In this document: one piece after another, positions 38,613 to 53,168 of the stretch
How the letters are laid out: every line of letters begins with the position of its first letter
Numbering within the stretch: position 1 is the stretch's first letter
DNA from: Octopus bimaculoides
Lineage: Eukaryota
DNA length: 64,000 bases
Reading direction: 5' to 3'
Assembly: GCF_001194135.2 (NCBI RefSeq)
Contig: NC_069001.1
Span: 25,900,762-25,964,761 of the forward strand
The notes under the pieces: model-generated
What the model was told of the DNA's origin: nothing
What the model saw: the letters and a program-made list of their open reading frames with translations, nothing else
Databases searched by the model: none
Made by a program: the position numbers and the translations under genes

Positions 38613-40469
38613 GTTTAATTAAACCCTCTCTTAATGACAACTTTGATTTTAATCACCTCCGAACTCAATAATCTTTTAATGACTTTATTGTCTCAGTAGT
38701 CCTTACTTCAATGAGTGTGTAACAGTTGTTGTAATTGTTGTTTGTGCTCGTTCATTAGCGCTCATTTAGTCCTCATTTAGATTATAAAAAGATATGAAAA
38801 AATTATCGGTGTGCACATCCGAACTGTGGCAGGAGTTAGCCGAGCTCCAAATTAAATTTCATGAGTTAAACATGGTAATTTCGAAATGTCGTGTAAAATA
38901 TTTATTGCTTGCATGCGTTCAGAATAGGAATGAGACAGGAGCTGATACGTACACTGATTGCAATTAGTCACTCAGTGCATTTTAGAGATTGTTGTCGCAA
39001 TAAATGACAAAACAGCTTATTGATATATTTAGAAAAAAATGTGGCTTATTTCAATTTCTATAGACACTCCAGACAAAAAGAATTTAAATTCAGGTACATG
39101 TAAATCCAAATGGATTCTTGTGACATGAACGTTATTCAAACATTTGCCAACCAAAGCAGTGCAAGCTTGTTGTCAAGCATTCATCATATTTTGCTATCAT
39201 GCAATTGCTCTTCTCGAGATCTTTGTGTTCATTTGGACATTTTCTATCTCTGCTCGCGTCTTAGAGACGCTTAATTGAACTGTTTAAGTCACTTGCAAAT
39301 GAATTTTCTCCATATATTGATGCATGAGAATTTTGCTAACAACTCATATTTTCTATTTGCGTTATATTAAATGAAGTTTCTATAATGTATAACGATCCTT
39401 TCAACTATTTCTAGTGCGTTATATAGTGAACAAAATGTTTTACGATTAATTGTCACTATCCAGACTAAGATATCTGGTTGTGCTTCGGTTCGTCTCGCAG
39501 AGCTGCGCATGTGATTTCAGTTGTACCTATGACCTTCGAAACATACTAAGAATAATCTTAACTACATTACACTTCAAATTTATAGCGTGCTCTTTGAAGG
39601 ACAAGTGGCTGATATTTCAAGCATGCGGAGCGAACACGGTTCTGTGTATAGGAATGGCCAGTGACAGGTGCATTAGAGTTGTCTTGTTGGATCACATGGA
39701 AGTATCAGTAACATACAGGCCGATCTTACATTACCATTCAGTATATGATGTATAGACATTAGTAATAAAACTTTACTAAAATCAACAGATCAGAATATAA
39801 TACTTTCATAAATTAGCCATTGGGTATGCAGTGTATTTTCCGTTGCATTTGCATATGCTAGTAATAAATTGAATCCTATAAATCCGATGTCAATAAAATA
39901 AAATTCATAAGGTATAAATGAATGGAAATGAAACGATTGCTGGAGCCTTAAAATGGCGTCTATAATAAGTGACTGTTTCAATTAACGAACATCTCCAATA
40001 GGATATGCTCAGAAGTAAGGTCAGTGAATGGCCATTGGAAGCACTAACAAAGAGAATTGTGTGAAAGCTTAGAGACACCAACAAAGAAGCTCGATCAATC
40101 AGTCTTTAGATTGTCGTTATTGTTAAAGTTGCAAATTGAAATTTCTCTAAATAGAAGTCGAAAGTTAAATTACAAAGATCAAACAAGTAAGTTCATACAC
40201 AACTGACAAGGTTGCATGGTTACGAACGTGTCTTCGCAACTAGTTAGTTTTAGGTTCAATCCTAATGTGTAACCACGTGGGACGTGTGTTTCATTTTATA
40301 GCCTTAGATTGACCCAAAACTAGCGACAGGTATTTAGATAACGTAAACTTCCAAAAATGACGGACACTCTACTTTTTCCCCTTGTGTTTATCTATCTATC
40401 TGTCTATCTATCAATCCATGTGTGTGAATGTGTTTGTATACGTGTGAGTATTTATGAGCGGTGTGTACG

Positions 40470-40535
<66 letters not shown>

Positions 40536-41329
40536 AATATATATACATAAATATACATATATACTCATACATATACGTATACACACACACGCACGCATAT
40601 ATATATACATGTATGTACGTACATATATATACTTATAAGTTTATATATGTTTGTGTGTATGCATGTGTGTGTTCCTATCTGCATTCATTTGTTTGACACA
40701 GCACTGCGAACGTAAGAGACAAAATGAAAATGCAAAAAAAAAAAAATACCTTTTAACCTAAAAAAGGAAACAAAACTCACATTGTGATTCGACAGATAGA
40801 CGCTAAAACAAATAAACGCTAGACAGTGCCGCAGCTTCGCCACAGTCCAATGACTGAAACCTATAAACATATCAAGGTATCAACAGTAACACAAGCAAAA
40901 AAGTTTCTGTGTGTGTATAGTATGTCTCATGAGATTTACATTTCTGATGTATCGTCACTTCTGTATGCGTGCAGCCACAAGCAACGGTTACTTATAAATG
41001 GATTAGTTTCACTTCAGTTTACTTTTTGATTTTAAAATCTCAGTTGAATGAAATGGTAGCAAGATTACCGGAGCGTAATCTACAGAAATGGAGTGTAAAT
41101 GCTGATGAAAAGTATCTAACAAGTTAAAGAAATCAATGAGAGCTTATGGGGCCACCATGGGAAGACATTTCTCAATAGATTAGATTTAAGGAGATGACAT
41201 GATATACTACCGAAAACATAATGACGGTTTTTGCCCATTGATCTCTCCATTAATTTGAATATTTGTGTCAATGTTGTGTCAATAACAGGAGCACCTACTT
41301 TAGCACGCAAATGTTGATTTCAAATCTAA

Positions 41330-41730
41330 GGCGGAAAACTGGCAGACTGGTTAGTGCGCCGGGCCAAATGCTTAACAGAATTTCGTGCACCTGCAATTCC
41401 TGAGTTCAAATTCCGCCCAGGACGACTATGCTTTTCAGTCCATTCGGGGCTGATAAAATAATAACCAGCTATCCCGAAATTGCAGGCATTGTTTCAAAAC
41501 TTGAAATCAACATTGAATTCAGTTTTTTTAGCGGAGGCGGTGAGCTGGCAGAATCGTTAGCTCAGCGATATTTTGTCCGCCATTACCTTCAGAGCTCTTA
41601 TTTCGCCTGGATCGACTCTAACTTGCATCCTTGCGATGTTTATGAAAGAGGTATCAGATCAGAACTGGAGTCGACGTAATCCCCATAGCCTCTCTCCTGA
41701 ACTTTCCGGTCCTCTTACAAAATTTGAAAC
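41330..41730 (+). mobile_element. Two tandem Nin/Deu-domain SINEs (~41330-41510 and ~41535-41730)
   Basis: Heads GGCGGAAAACTGGCAGACTGGTTAG and GGCGGTGAGCTGGCAGAATCGTTAG, each followed by the central domain and a TTGAAA tail. Confidence 0.8.
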
Positions 41731-43219
41731 CAATGATAAATTCTAATTTGCTTATCTTTCATGCAATACGTTCTCGGTGAATTTAGGTTTTTCTAACATT
41801 CACACTAATATTCAAATTTGGGCGGAGTTAAAATCTTTTAGATCTACCTCTGCATTCAAATGGTCTTCATTTCCTAAATCTAAATAGAACCAAATATAAA
41901 ACTGATACTATCCGGTTTGAACCAGGAATGTAACACTAAGCTGCCCAAACAGTAGACCACGTAAAACAATGTCATAGCGGCACAACTCTCAGATCAGTCT
42001 TGGTAAACCTTTGACGCAATCATCATCAGATGGGAAAGCATCAACTAGGGTTGCTGGTTGTCCAGGTGGCAGGGGAGAACCAAATTTCCAGACCGGACTG
42101 TGCAACCACTTAATGTGGTCGCTATGTGTCACGTATGTGAGGAGACCAAAAGTGGGTAAGATTGAGAGATTGACATAAAAACAATGTTACAAGAATTCGT
42201 GAATGTGGTTCCTCAAAATATTAGTAAAAGCAGAAGCTAAACCCTACTCAGAAATATACTCGATTGTTTGTATAGAATTGAAAACATAAGAATAGATACA
42301 CAATTCTCAAGAATGGCGGGACACGTTATGGACGGAGGGCTTTAAATTATATATCTTCTAAGACAGAGATGACTGTAGCATAAATATACGTAGCACAAAA
42401 TCTACAAAACAAATTAGAAGCTTACATTTATGAAAGAACTCCCTTATCAATGATTATCATCATCGAATACTGCACGTTACTGTCTCAAGTCTAAGTGCTA
42501 CAACAGGGTAGACTTATCCAGTTACAGTTGAGTGGACTGGAGCAACGTTAAACGAAGTGTTTCGCTCATGAAGAGAACGCCCCAACCAGTTGGGAACAGA
42601 AACCATGATCATGCGATCTTACCGCGTATCTTTAATTCTCAGTGATGGTGTCTTAATAATTCCGAAACGTATCCTAGTTTACCATACGTAATTCCTGAAA
42701 GGCAAAGAAATAATACAATTCATTGTCGAACATTATTTTGCCTTCACTGTATAATTATTTATTGTTAGTAATTTTAATGATTACTGTATTAAATATCTTT
42801 AAAATAATTTAACTATTGTTTGTATATTTTCTGAATGGCGTCGATCAGTTACTACGTACAATGTCAACGTAACCGTATAATAAAATAATGCATCTCTTAT
42901 TCTATACGAATTAATTGTAATTTTAAATAACTCAATTAAAGTACTCAAATATCTTTATTCTTCTTTCAATCCTTTTTATATTTGTAAGCTACTCTTATAA
43001 TTAGGTTTTTGTTTTTTCAGCTAATATTTTCTTAGAAATTACCGTCAAAAATAGGAAAGGGTTAAAGTCAGTACTGAATATTTGAATGTGTATGCAAGTC
43101 TGTGTATGTTTGTATGTATTTATGTATGTGTACGTGCGTGTATGTATGAGTGTGCTGGTCTTTTTCTGTATTTTACATGAGTGGATGGTTTCCTTATTGT
43201 GAATATATGAATTACTGTA

Positions 43220-43255
<36 letters not shown>

Positions 43256-43583
43256 NNNNNNNNNNNNNNNNNNNNNNNNNNNNNNNNNNNNNNNNNNNNN
43301 NNNNNNNNNNNNNNNNNNNNNNNNNNNNNNNNNNNNNNNNNNNNNNNNNNNNNNNNNNNNNNNNNNNNNNNNNNNNNNNNNNNNNNNNNNNNNNNNNNNN
43401 NNNNNNNNNNNNNNNNNNNNNNNNNNNNNNNNNNNNNNNNNNNNNNNNNNNNNNNNNNNNNNNNNCAGTATGTATATGTATGCGCGTAACTATATATGTC
43501 CAAACACTCCCACATTTTCATACAAATATACTTGCACACACATCTGTGTATTTGTGCATGCATATATATAATATATATAAATA

Positions 43584-43622
<39 letters not shown>

Positions 43623-46143
43623 CAAAGGCATATGCTAATCGTTTCCATTGTCTTAAAATTGGCTGTAATTTAGTATATATATTTCTGTATATGTGCGAAT
43701 GTATATGTATGTGAATGCATTAATATGTATATATAAATATATGTATATATAAGGCATATTTTTATGTGTACGCATACGTACGTATTTATATGAACGTACG
43801 CGTGTCAGTCCCTGAGCATGTCTGTGTGTGTAACATGTTTGTATGTGTGTAACATGTTTGTATGTGTGTGAGTTTTCAAAGACAGAAGTTATTAAAGTTA
43901 GTTTTGTCGACAGATTGCTTGATTTTGATGAAATAAATAAAAGTAATAACACAAAGCGATTGAACCATTTTCTTATAATATTATATTATACTCTGCTGAG
44001 AATGTTCAGCTGTCTTGGGAAGAAAAAGATACAACGATTGGCTTTTGTTAACTTTCTGTTCTTTTTTCCTTCTTATCCTTCATTTTATCTTCTCATTCAT
44101 TTCCTTTTGCGTTTATTTCTTTTCTTTTATCCTTGTTTGTTTCTTCTTTTTCTCCTTGTTTGTTTCTTCTTTTTCTCCCTATCATTTTTTTTTTCTTTGT
44201 AAACTTTATTCTATCTCATTCATTTAAAACTTTCTTCTCTGCTGAAGCTTATTTTACTTCTTCTCGTTATCTATTTGCTTCTTTGTTAATTCTTTCATTC
44301 ATTTTCTTCATTGTTATTTGTATTTGTATTTATTTTCATATTTTACTTCTTTTTTTTACTATTTGCCCTTACATTTCTTAAACCTTCTTCTTGATATTAT
44401 TTTTGTCTTTATTTCGTGCTCGTAGAATAGTATAACAGTTTGGCCTTGTGCCTAACAAACAAAATCAATATAATTTCATTATCATTTTGTAATTGTAGTT
44501 AGCTATATATATTTGTAATAATAATAATAATAATGAAGATGATGATGATGATATTATTAATAATGATGATGATAATAATAATAATAATAGCGCTGATAAT
44601 AATAGTTGTAAAAATAGCAACTGCAGTTGCAATAGAAAGCTGTTTTTTCCACTGCAGAATTTATCTTGTTGGTGGTGTTGGTGATGATGATTTAGGTATG
44701 TTTTCTTTTCCTTTTTGTTTTGTTTTTGTCTTTGGTAACAAGAAACGGTGGCCATAGCAGTTGGAAACGTTAGAATACTAACCAACAGCAATCTTCCTAA
44801 ATCTTTCAAGATATAGGAAAGAATATAAGAAAAATATTTTTGGAAGGAATAAAAATAATTACACTCACGCACACACAGATCTACATATAAGTATACATAC
44901 ACACACATACACAAACATGTAGAGAGAACAAGAGTGGGTGAGAAAGAGAGAGGAAGAGAGAAAAGAGTGAGAGAGAGTGTGCGATGTGTGCGTGTGTGTG
45001 CGCGCGTTTGAGTGAGACTGTGTGTAAATTGTATGACAAATAAAAAGAAATATATTTGTGGAAATAAAATTCAATCTCACAAATAAAAGAAAAATATGAA
45101 CTCGTCATTTTACAAAAGATACGTTGAAATTTATATGCCTGCATGTCTATATAATTTATATATATATATGTGTGTGTGCGTGTGTGTGTTTGTGTGCGCG
45201 TGTCCAGATGTGTGTATATACATGTATATAAATGTTTGTGTGGATACATACATACATTTATGTATACTTACACTAGAACAACGTAATATCTATGGTAACC
45301 CAAAATGTCGTTGAACTTGTGTATTAATCATTTATTGAAAGATGCACTTCAGTGTTTTCCAGCTGTTTTCTACAGATATTCATGCAAGACACAAACGTTC
45401 ATTGAAGATTTGTTGACCGTTCCAGACATCTAGTGAATTAAGGCACACACAATTAATTGTCCTGCTGAGAATCAAACGCTTATTTACTGCTAAATCTCAG
45501 AAATGTTACAAATGAAACCCCCCTCTTCTTTTTCGAAAACATTGAACAAGAAATAAATGAGGCTATAACGATACACGCATAAATATAAATTTATATTCGT
45601 GTAAAACATAATGGTAAATATTTATACTTCATACGTAGCGGTTTGATAAATAGTTAATTGTTTGATATTGCGTGATGACAGATAAGTATTATTGGGTGAT
45701 GTACGCTATACATCTGTTTTCAGAATATAGGATACCTGATTTCTGACAGGTAGATGAATACTAACAATACTACTTTAGTGTTTCGTCTAGCAACACATTT
45801 AAATGCCCGAGGCAGATTTGGAATAAATCTATGAAACTATCCATCTAGATATTTACACTCTCTATGTAAATGTGACGTGAATTTTGTATAGCCTGAAGGT
45901 TATTGGATATATTGATATAAAGAATTGAAAATGTTAATACAGAATTTGATGTTCAGTTCAGACACTGAAGATAATCAGTGGTAGGGAATGAAATCAACGA
46001 CAAAGAGGACCATGAAACACGGAATGTTATTTACGTATTAATTAATTTACGCTTCCATATAAAGCAAATCTGCGTAAATAATAAAGATATTTAATACTCT
46101 ATTTGTAAATTTTAAGATAATTGTTTCTAATAAATGAAAAATA

Positions 46144-46323
46144 CTGAAATTTGAGGAGACCGTTAATCGATTACAGTGACTCTAATATTTTACTGTTCCT
46201 TCATTTTATTGGAAAGAATAAATGGAATTCAAAGCTGATCCCTGCGTGATTTGTGCTTTGCACGTCCAGAGAAGCCGCTAAACGGTTTGTCCGGCGTGCT
46301 AACGATTCCGCCAGCTCAATGCC
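46144..46323 (-). mobile_element. Nin/Deu-domain SINE, degenerate
   Basis: Reverse-complement head GAGCTGGCGGAATCGTTAGCACGCCGGACAAACCGTTTAGC. Confidence 0.7.
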
Positions 46324-47829
46324 TTTATAAATTTTAAAACACTAAAAGCGAAATAATTGTGTTAGTAAACATTTCGGTCGCTTGAAATATCTTATAAACT
46401 TTTAGCAGATACTAGGAAATAAATTGTATCTTTAATATGGTTAATCTTCTGAAACTTAATTTATAGTTTCTGCCTCTCTCGGTGTAAAGATATTTTCATT
46501 GAAAAATACGCCATAAACTTTCTGAATTGTCTCTCCAAGAACATAAACATTTGTCTGTACGACTTGTTCGTGATCATATATAATTTAGTGGAATATGAGC
46601 AGTAAGTAGACAACAAAATCTTTGTTTATATATATTGTTCAGTAACTGATAACTCATATAAGATGATTAATTGGCTTGAGATAATGAACTATTAAAATTG
46701 ATAGTTTCTTTATTGATTCTTCCTAATAAACTTTCATCCTAGACTGACTGTATTTTTACTAAATGATTTCATTTTGGGTAGATTCCAAATATAATGTAAA
46801 TCAATTACCTAGATTTCAACTTCGTTTTTTTTTTATTTGGGGATTTCAGTTGCTTTCACCTTTCCTGTTATATACATAGGATTAGCTACCTAATTAATTT
46901 ATTCAATATTTTCAAATAAATAATTATCCTTTGCATTGTATTTGTTTCACTCATAGATTTGCACTTTTACACAAACTGACATAAATTGGTGGTGCACCAT
47001 ATTGTAGATTTTAGGCCATGCTGACGCATCACCTGCAAGGTTTCAGTCCAACAAATCGATCACAATACACATTGAAAAACACAATGTCCGATCTTACTTT
47101 TCTTTTTTTAAAACAAAATCATTCGGTCTCTCCTGCTAAACGTTTAAGTTACAGGGATGTAAAAAAAACTCAGCACCGGTTCTCAATGGGAGAAAACAAA
47201 CACAAACATGAAGATATTCGGGCATCAACACATGACGCATTGCTGTAAATTAAGATACTGCGGACTTTCATAGTGTCTATCTATCAAATTATCTCACAAA
47301 TGATTAGTCAAACCAGCATTATTGGCGAAAACACACAGGATGTTACGGGGAGGGACTGAAACCGCAACCAACTATTTGAAAAACGAGCTCCTTAAATTTA
47401 CAGCCCAACATTTATTTAATACCACTACATTTTTAAATGAAATAATTGTTAGATAAACTAATAGTCATTTGATTTATTAAAAACAGACATCATTTACAGA
47501 ACACAGAACACAGAGATATTACTCCTTCATGTCTTATGCGTCAAATAACGTTAAGATGTTGTTCGAACTAGCATCATATTATTCCATAGTATACATTTCA
47601 CCGAACTTTAGAACCGATCCTCTTGTTAGTATACTAGAATATATTTGCTTAATAATCTGAAATTCTTTCGCCCACTCTTCTAATTTTAAATGATTTAATT
47701 CGGTTCGGTATGGAATTTAGTTTGTCATATATCATCATACTTTGTCCATTGCTTATATCCTTGTTTGTTTGTGGTGTGTGTGTGTGAGAGAGAGAGAGAC
47801 AGAAAGAAAAGGAGCCGTGGAGGTGTTGT

Positions 47830-49045
47830 ATACATCTCTGTAGACCTCACACCCCAGGTCTTACTGTCATACTCAATTTGTATATGACACACTCTTTGTA
47901 TACATTCGAAATCGCAATATAGCCATATGCAACACATATCGCCCACCGGATGCTCCAAACCACATAGGAAAGTTTGATGATTGCCTCACAAGAATTAAAG
48001 TAATACTCATGAAACTGGAACACCACGTGAGCGTATTTCTTATGGATGATTTGAAATTCCCCAATGTCGAATGACTTGAAGGCCACACGCTCTAAGGAGT
48101 GACTCATTGCAAACAAGCGCAGGTGGAGTCCCTGCTTAAACTCACTTTTGCACTATTGATGGAGTAAGTTGTGCTTAGACCAACTAGGGCGAATAACATT
48201 TAGCATTTCTGCTTCACAAACAATATAGACATCGTTCATGATGTGAAAGTAACGCCGACATTAGTTTCGGATAATAACATAATATAGCTGTCTATGTATG
48301 GACCAAAAGAAGCCAGAGAATACAGCCTAAAGGAAGCACCCAAGATCTCTCCAATCTGAACTTCCATAAAGACTGGAAGTCGCTCCAAATAGAGATCTTC
48401 ATGACTGGCCTAAATATCTCTCCACACCAGTCATTGGCATGAAACTAGAATGTTTCATGTCTGTTATGCAAACCACATTCCAGAAATATGTCCCAGAGCA
48501 CAAGGCCAACAAAAAAGGAACAAACATCCAAGTGAGAAGAATATCCTCATGAGACCACGGGTGAAAGTTGCAAATCGTTTCAGCCAACATTTCAAAAGTA
48601 GTGAAAGGTCCCGCCTAAAACAATACCGATAGACTGAAAAAAGCCTGCAACAATCCTATGTGAGGGAGAAAGCAATCAAACAATCCTGGGTTATAAAAAA
48701 CATTAAGTCGAACCCAAAGGCCTTCTTCCATTATGCCAAAGAAACATCTTCAGTGCGCTGCAAAATAGGATCCTTCGTCCAAAATGATGGCTCCATCATT
48801 AATAGCCCAACCACGATCAGTAAGGTACTGAATGACCAGTTCAAAAGTGCCTTTACCTCCTCGTCGGAACACAGACAAGGGAACGAACCAGTGGATTTGT
48901 TTGCCGCCTCACCTATAACTAACGAGACAGTAACGATGGATTACATCAACATTAACGAAGATCTACTACTAACCATAGATGAGGTGAACGCAAACAACTG
49001 CTGGTCATAATTTTGTTCCCAGCAATCCTCCTCAAATCATGTAAG
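47830..49045 (+). mobile_element. CR1/L2-type LINE ORF2 fragment (APE endonuclease to pre-RT region)
   Basis: IAICNTYRPPDAP, FLMDDLKFPNVE (GDFNFP-like), RPTRANNI*HFCFTN, and IKNIKSNPKAFFHYAK...GSFVQNDGSII...ISKVLNDQFKSAFT. Confidence 0.88.
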
Positions 49046-49149
49046 CTTGTTTTTACTTTTACTCCTCTACCCGCTCATGTTTAAATATCTTGAACACTAC
49101 GAAGTGTATTCTATATTGAAAATACCTGTCTCTAATCTATCTATCTGTC

Positions 49150-49193
<44 letters not shown>

Positions 49194-49210
49194 AACACAC
49201 ACACACATAT

Positions 49211-49434
49211 GTACATGTTTATGTGTGGGCGTCTTTGTATCTGTCTCTCGCCACCGGTTGACAACCGGTGTTGGTGTTTGACGACCACGTATTGTAGCGT
49301 TTCTGCAAAAAGAGACTGACAACATAAATATTTTAAAGAAATATGTTCTTTGGTCGATTTGTTTGATTAACACTCGTTATGGTGGTGCCCCCACACGGCC
49401 GCAATCAAATGACTAGAACAAGTAAAAGATAAAA
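49211..49434 (+). mobile_element. CORE-like SINE, 3' part
   Basis: TTGACAACCGGTGTTGGTGTTT...GGTGGTGCCCCCACACGGCCGCAATCAAATGACTAGAACAAGTAAAAGATAAAA. Confidence 0.75.
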
Positions 49435-49919
49435 TGATGTGTGTGTGTGTGTGTTTGTTTTGAGGTACCATTCTGTAGTGGCAGATATGTTCCTGATATT
49501 ACAGAGAAACCACTACCTTAAGCGGCAGTGTTTTTATTTTACAGTGGAAAAGTAGATCCCTAGCTTGTAGCACTTAATTCAGCTCTTCTAGTTTCTACGT
49601 GAGCTAAAAGATGAGGTGAAACGCACTATTCTCAATTATACGTCTCAATCCTGTTCAACACCCATTAATTCTTACTTCTGGTTATAATAGACTGACGAAA
49701 GAAGTAATGCAGTATTGATTATAGATTGGCTTTCGCTAATCCTCTTCGCATGCGTGTATTACTTGAAGGAGAAGTGGCTGATATAGAGGGAGAGAGAATA
49801 AGGGTGTGTGTGTGTACGTTAATGTGTATGAATTTGCATTTTGTCGAGTAGACTTTATTAAATCATAGTGCTGAGGAGAAATATTGATTTCGACGAATGA
49901 TTATATATGTTTCTTAATC

Positions 49920-50465
49920 AGAAATGCCTCGCAGTAGTTAGTTACGTCTCTTTAAGTTTCGGAATTCAAATCCCGCCAAGGTCAACTTCGCTTTCATCCA
50001 TCAGGAGTCGACGTAATAATTTATCAATCTGTTCCCAGAAGCAATGGTAACGAGTTACCCTTACGAAGTAAAATTACTATTCGCAGCTTCAATTAAAAAT
50101 CATCCAAAGGCAAAGAGATGTTAAAATCATTAATACATATTCGTGGTATTACTTTCAGGTTTTTACGCTTTGAGTTCAAATTCCGCCGTGGTCAGTTGTG
50201 CTTTCATGATTTTGCATAAAATAAAGTAATATACTTGTCACCTACTGTCAGAATAATGGACTAATCCCCGTCTCCTCAGAATAGCTAGCAATAAATGACG
50301 AATTGCGTTGCAGAAGCTCAGCCACATTTCGTCCTGTCCTGTTCAGGTATGTTTCGCCTATAATCTATTCTTAGTCGATGAAATACGTACCAATTAATCG
50401 TTGGAGTTATCAAGTATCCATTTCTAAAATGTTGTCGACCTTGTACCAGAATTAGAAACTAGAAT
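49920..50465 (+). mobile_element. Cluster of about three decayed Nin/Deu SINEs
   Basis: TTCAAATCCCGCCAAGGTCAACTTCGCTTTCATCC (~49965), TTCAAATTCCGCCGTGGTCAG (~50175) and GTCGATGAAATACGTACCA (~50375). Confidence 0.6.
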
Positions 50466-51262
50466 TATTATTTTTATTAAAGCTTTCTTTATTCAGAATC
50501 TTTAGCGCGCTTTTCTAAAATTCGTATATACCGTTCTATTCTTGTTTGAAAATCTACCATAGTCGACTTAGACTTTCGTTCTACTGTCTCTTCTTCGAAA
50601 GTCTTATACATTAATACAATATTTATTAATCATTAATACAACTAATGTTAAATACAGTTAACCATGTTAGAAACCATCGTTACCATTTTTACGGGCAGAA
50701 AGTGTGGTGGGTTAAAGCATAGCTCCGTAACATTTTTTCACTTACGGTACACATATATTCTTCCCAAAATTCGGCGGTACACCCGAATTAAAAACAGACT
50801 TCATTTACATTTCTGTAACAGAACACAAAGGGATATTACCTCTCCATGTCTTATGCGTCAAATGACGCATATACAAAACCATTGGTGGTTATGTTTTCGT
50901 TCGTATAACAATCAGAAAGTCCACCAGGCCACAGTTTTACCCATGACTGGTGAAGATATTAAAGCAAACTTTCTCTTAGATACATTTCATATGAATACAC
51001 CAATTCACCGACTTTAATATATCTTTTGGTTGTCCGTACAATAAATACCAGTAGAAAACAAGAAATGTCTACATTCTTTTATCGCAATAATTGTCTCGCA
51101 GAGACTTGTTATTACAGGCGTCATATTTCTTCAATTAAAACTGTAAAGTGAGTAGCGTTTTTCATACAGTGCGACTAGATGTTTTAATCTTCGTCATTAA
51201 TGCAATAAACACACTCTCAGACTCGTACATATCTACACACATCTCTCTCTCCTATGTATGTG

Positions 51263-51299
<37 letters not shown>

Positions 51300-51927
51300 A
51301 GGCATATAAATATTCGTACATGCATACATATGCACAGATATATATTCGTATACAAATGTGTATATACAATTCTATATACTTGTGTGTGTGTGTGTGTGTG
51401 TGTGTATATACATATATATATATATATTGTTCAAAAAACAAAATCAAATTAATAAAGAGCGATAAAGTAAATAACTACAGAATATAAATGTACGAACCAT
51501 CACAAATATAATTAAATTAATAGTGTCTGAAAGATATAATAGGCAGAACTATTTACAAAATGATGTTTGCCAGAAAGTAACACTGGCGACAAACATTCAG
51601 AGAAATTATAACTTATTTGAAGCAGTATTTCGTGTTTCGAATTTGCACAAAGTAAAAATCGATGAAAGCTCCTGTCGGCGGCAAATGATAAATTTCTGGC
51701 TATTCTTCATTGTTCCAGGCTAAAATCAATGAAATACACCGAAACAGAATATTTTGTGGCGATGTGCGTTGAAACCTACAAAGTATAATTTGAAATGAGT
51801 CAAAAGTCGTCTTTAAATGCATTGAGTTAAACTTTGAAAAACACCACAAATTTCCACAAACGTTTTTTCTTGTCATAGACACTGGCCAGACATAGCTGTG
51901 TAGTGAAGAAACTCGATTTAGACCCAC

Positions 51928-51977
<50 letters not shown>

Positions 51978-52789
51978 CGGTCTATCCACAAATTACCACT
52001 CCACCAAATTCATTCTCATAGCATTAATCAAGCTACAGTAGAAGATAATTGTAATAGTGACAAGTGACTTTCGCAACCAAATCGTTACTAATCCGTGTAT
52101 TTAATCTACTCTTTTCGACGGATTACATTGTGAAGCTATGGATCTTATGAAGCTCAGACTAGTGGTTCAATTCTAGCCGTGGTAGTAAGTTGTGTTCTTG
52201 AACAAAATTCATCTTTTCATGCTCTTCAGTCTCTTTAGCAGAAATTAGTACCTGACTTGTGAGTGGAGAAATTCTTTTGCTCAATACATGTCACAGTTTC
52301 GAATTATATGCCATCAATCCTATTAATTTGTTAACAACGGCTAGGATTTAGCTTATCTTTGAGGCTAAGTAGGGTCACCAGAATAGTTCGTGTGGCGTGT
52401 CAGTGCCCTGTGAGATTTTGTGGTCAGAATGTAAATCGAGATAACTCGATTTCAATGTGGTGAACGTAGGGCAAAATAAAATGTACTGAGTTACATTTTG
52501 TGTGTCTTTACAAATGAAGTTATTAGGTATGTGGCAAACTTAATTTACATATACGAATTCTTTAGACGAAGATGGAGCAAATATAAAAGTTGTTTCTATA
52601 TGAATATGGCTCGCATTTACAATTCGGTGAGCTGGGTACGCCGATGGTTTCCAACCTACAACAATACTTATTTTCTACGACCTAACGAGGGTTTAGCTGG
52701 GAAATGTTGCCTATTTTCCTTCAAAATTATATCTGAAGAAGGAAAGGTGCAGTGACTAATATATTTATTTAAAAACCATGGTTTCAAAT

Positions 52790-53168
52790 TTTAGCACAAG
52801 GTATGTAATTCCGAGGAGTTGATCAGTTGATTTTATCGACCCCTGTACTCAAATGTTAATTATTTTATAGACACCTGAATCTATGAAATGCAAAGCCAAC
52901 CTCGGCAGAATTTAATCCATGACAAAATGTTAAAACATAACAGAACTACTTTGTAGAGTTTAGAATACAATGTGTTGTTATTGGCTTTGACGCTCTATGT
53001 TCCGATTTCAAACGTCACAGAGATCAACTTTGCCTTTTATCTTTCGGTGGTATATAGATTAATATATGTACCAGTAATATTTCTACTTCTTCTACAACCA
53101 CAAATTCAGCCGCCACTTTTTCTCTATCTTTCTCTGATGGAGAAAGCGGCCTTGTTCAAATTTTGAAA
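52790..53168. mobile_element. Two decayed Nin/Deu SINEs in divergent orientation
   Basis: Minus copy ~52790-52920 (AAAGCCAACCTCGGCAGAATTT); plus copy ~52985-53168 (GATCAACTTTGCCTTTTATCTTTCGG...GGCCTTGTTCAAATTTTGAAAC). Confidence 0.6.
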
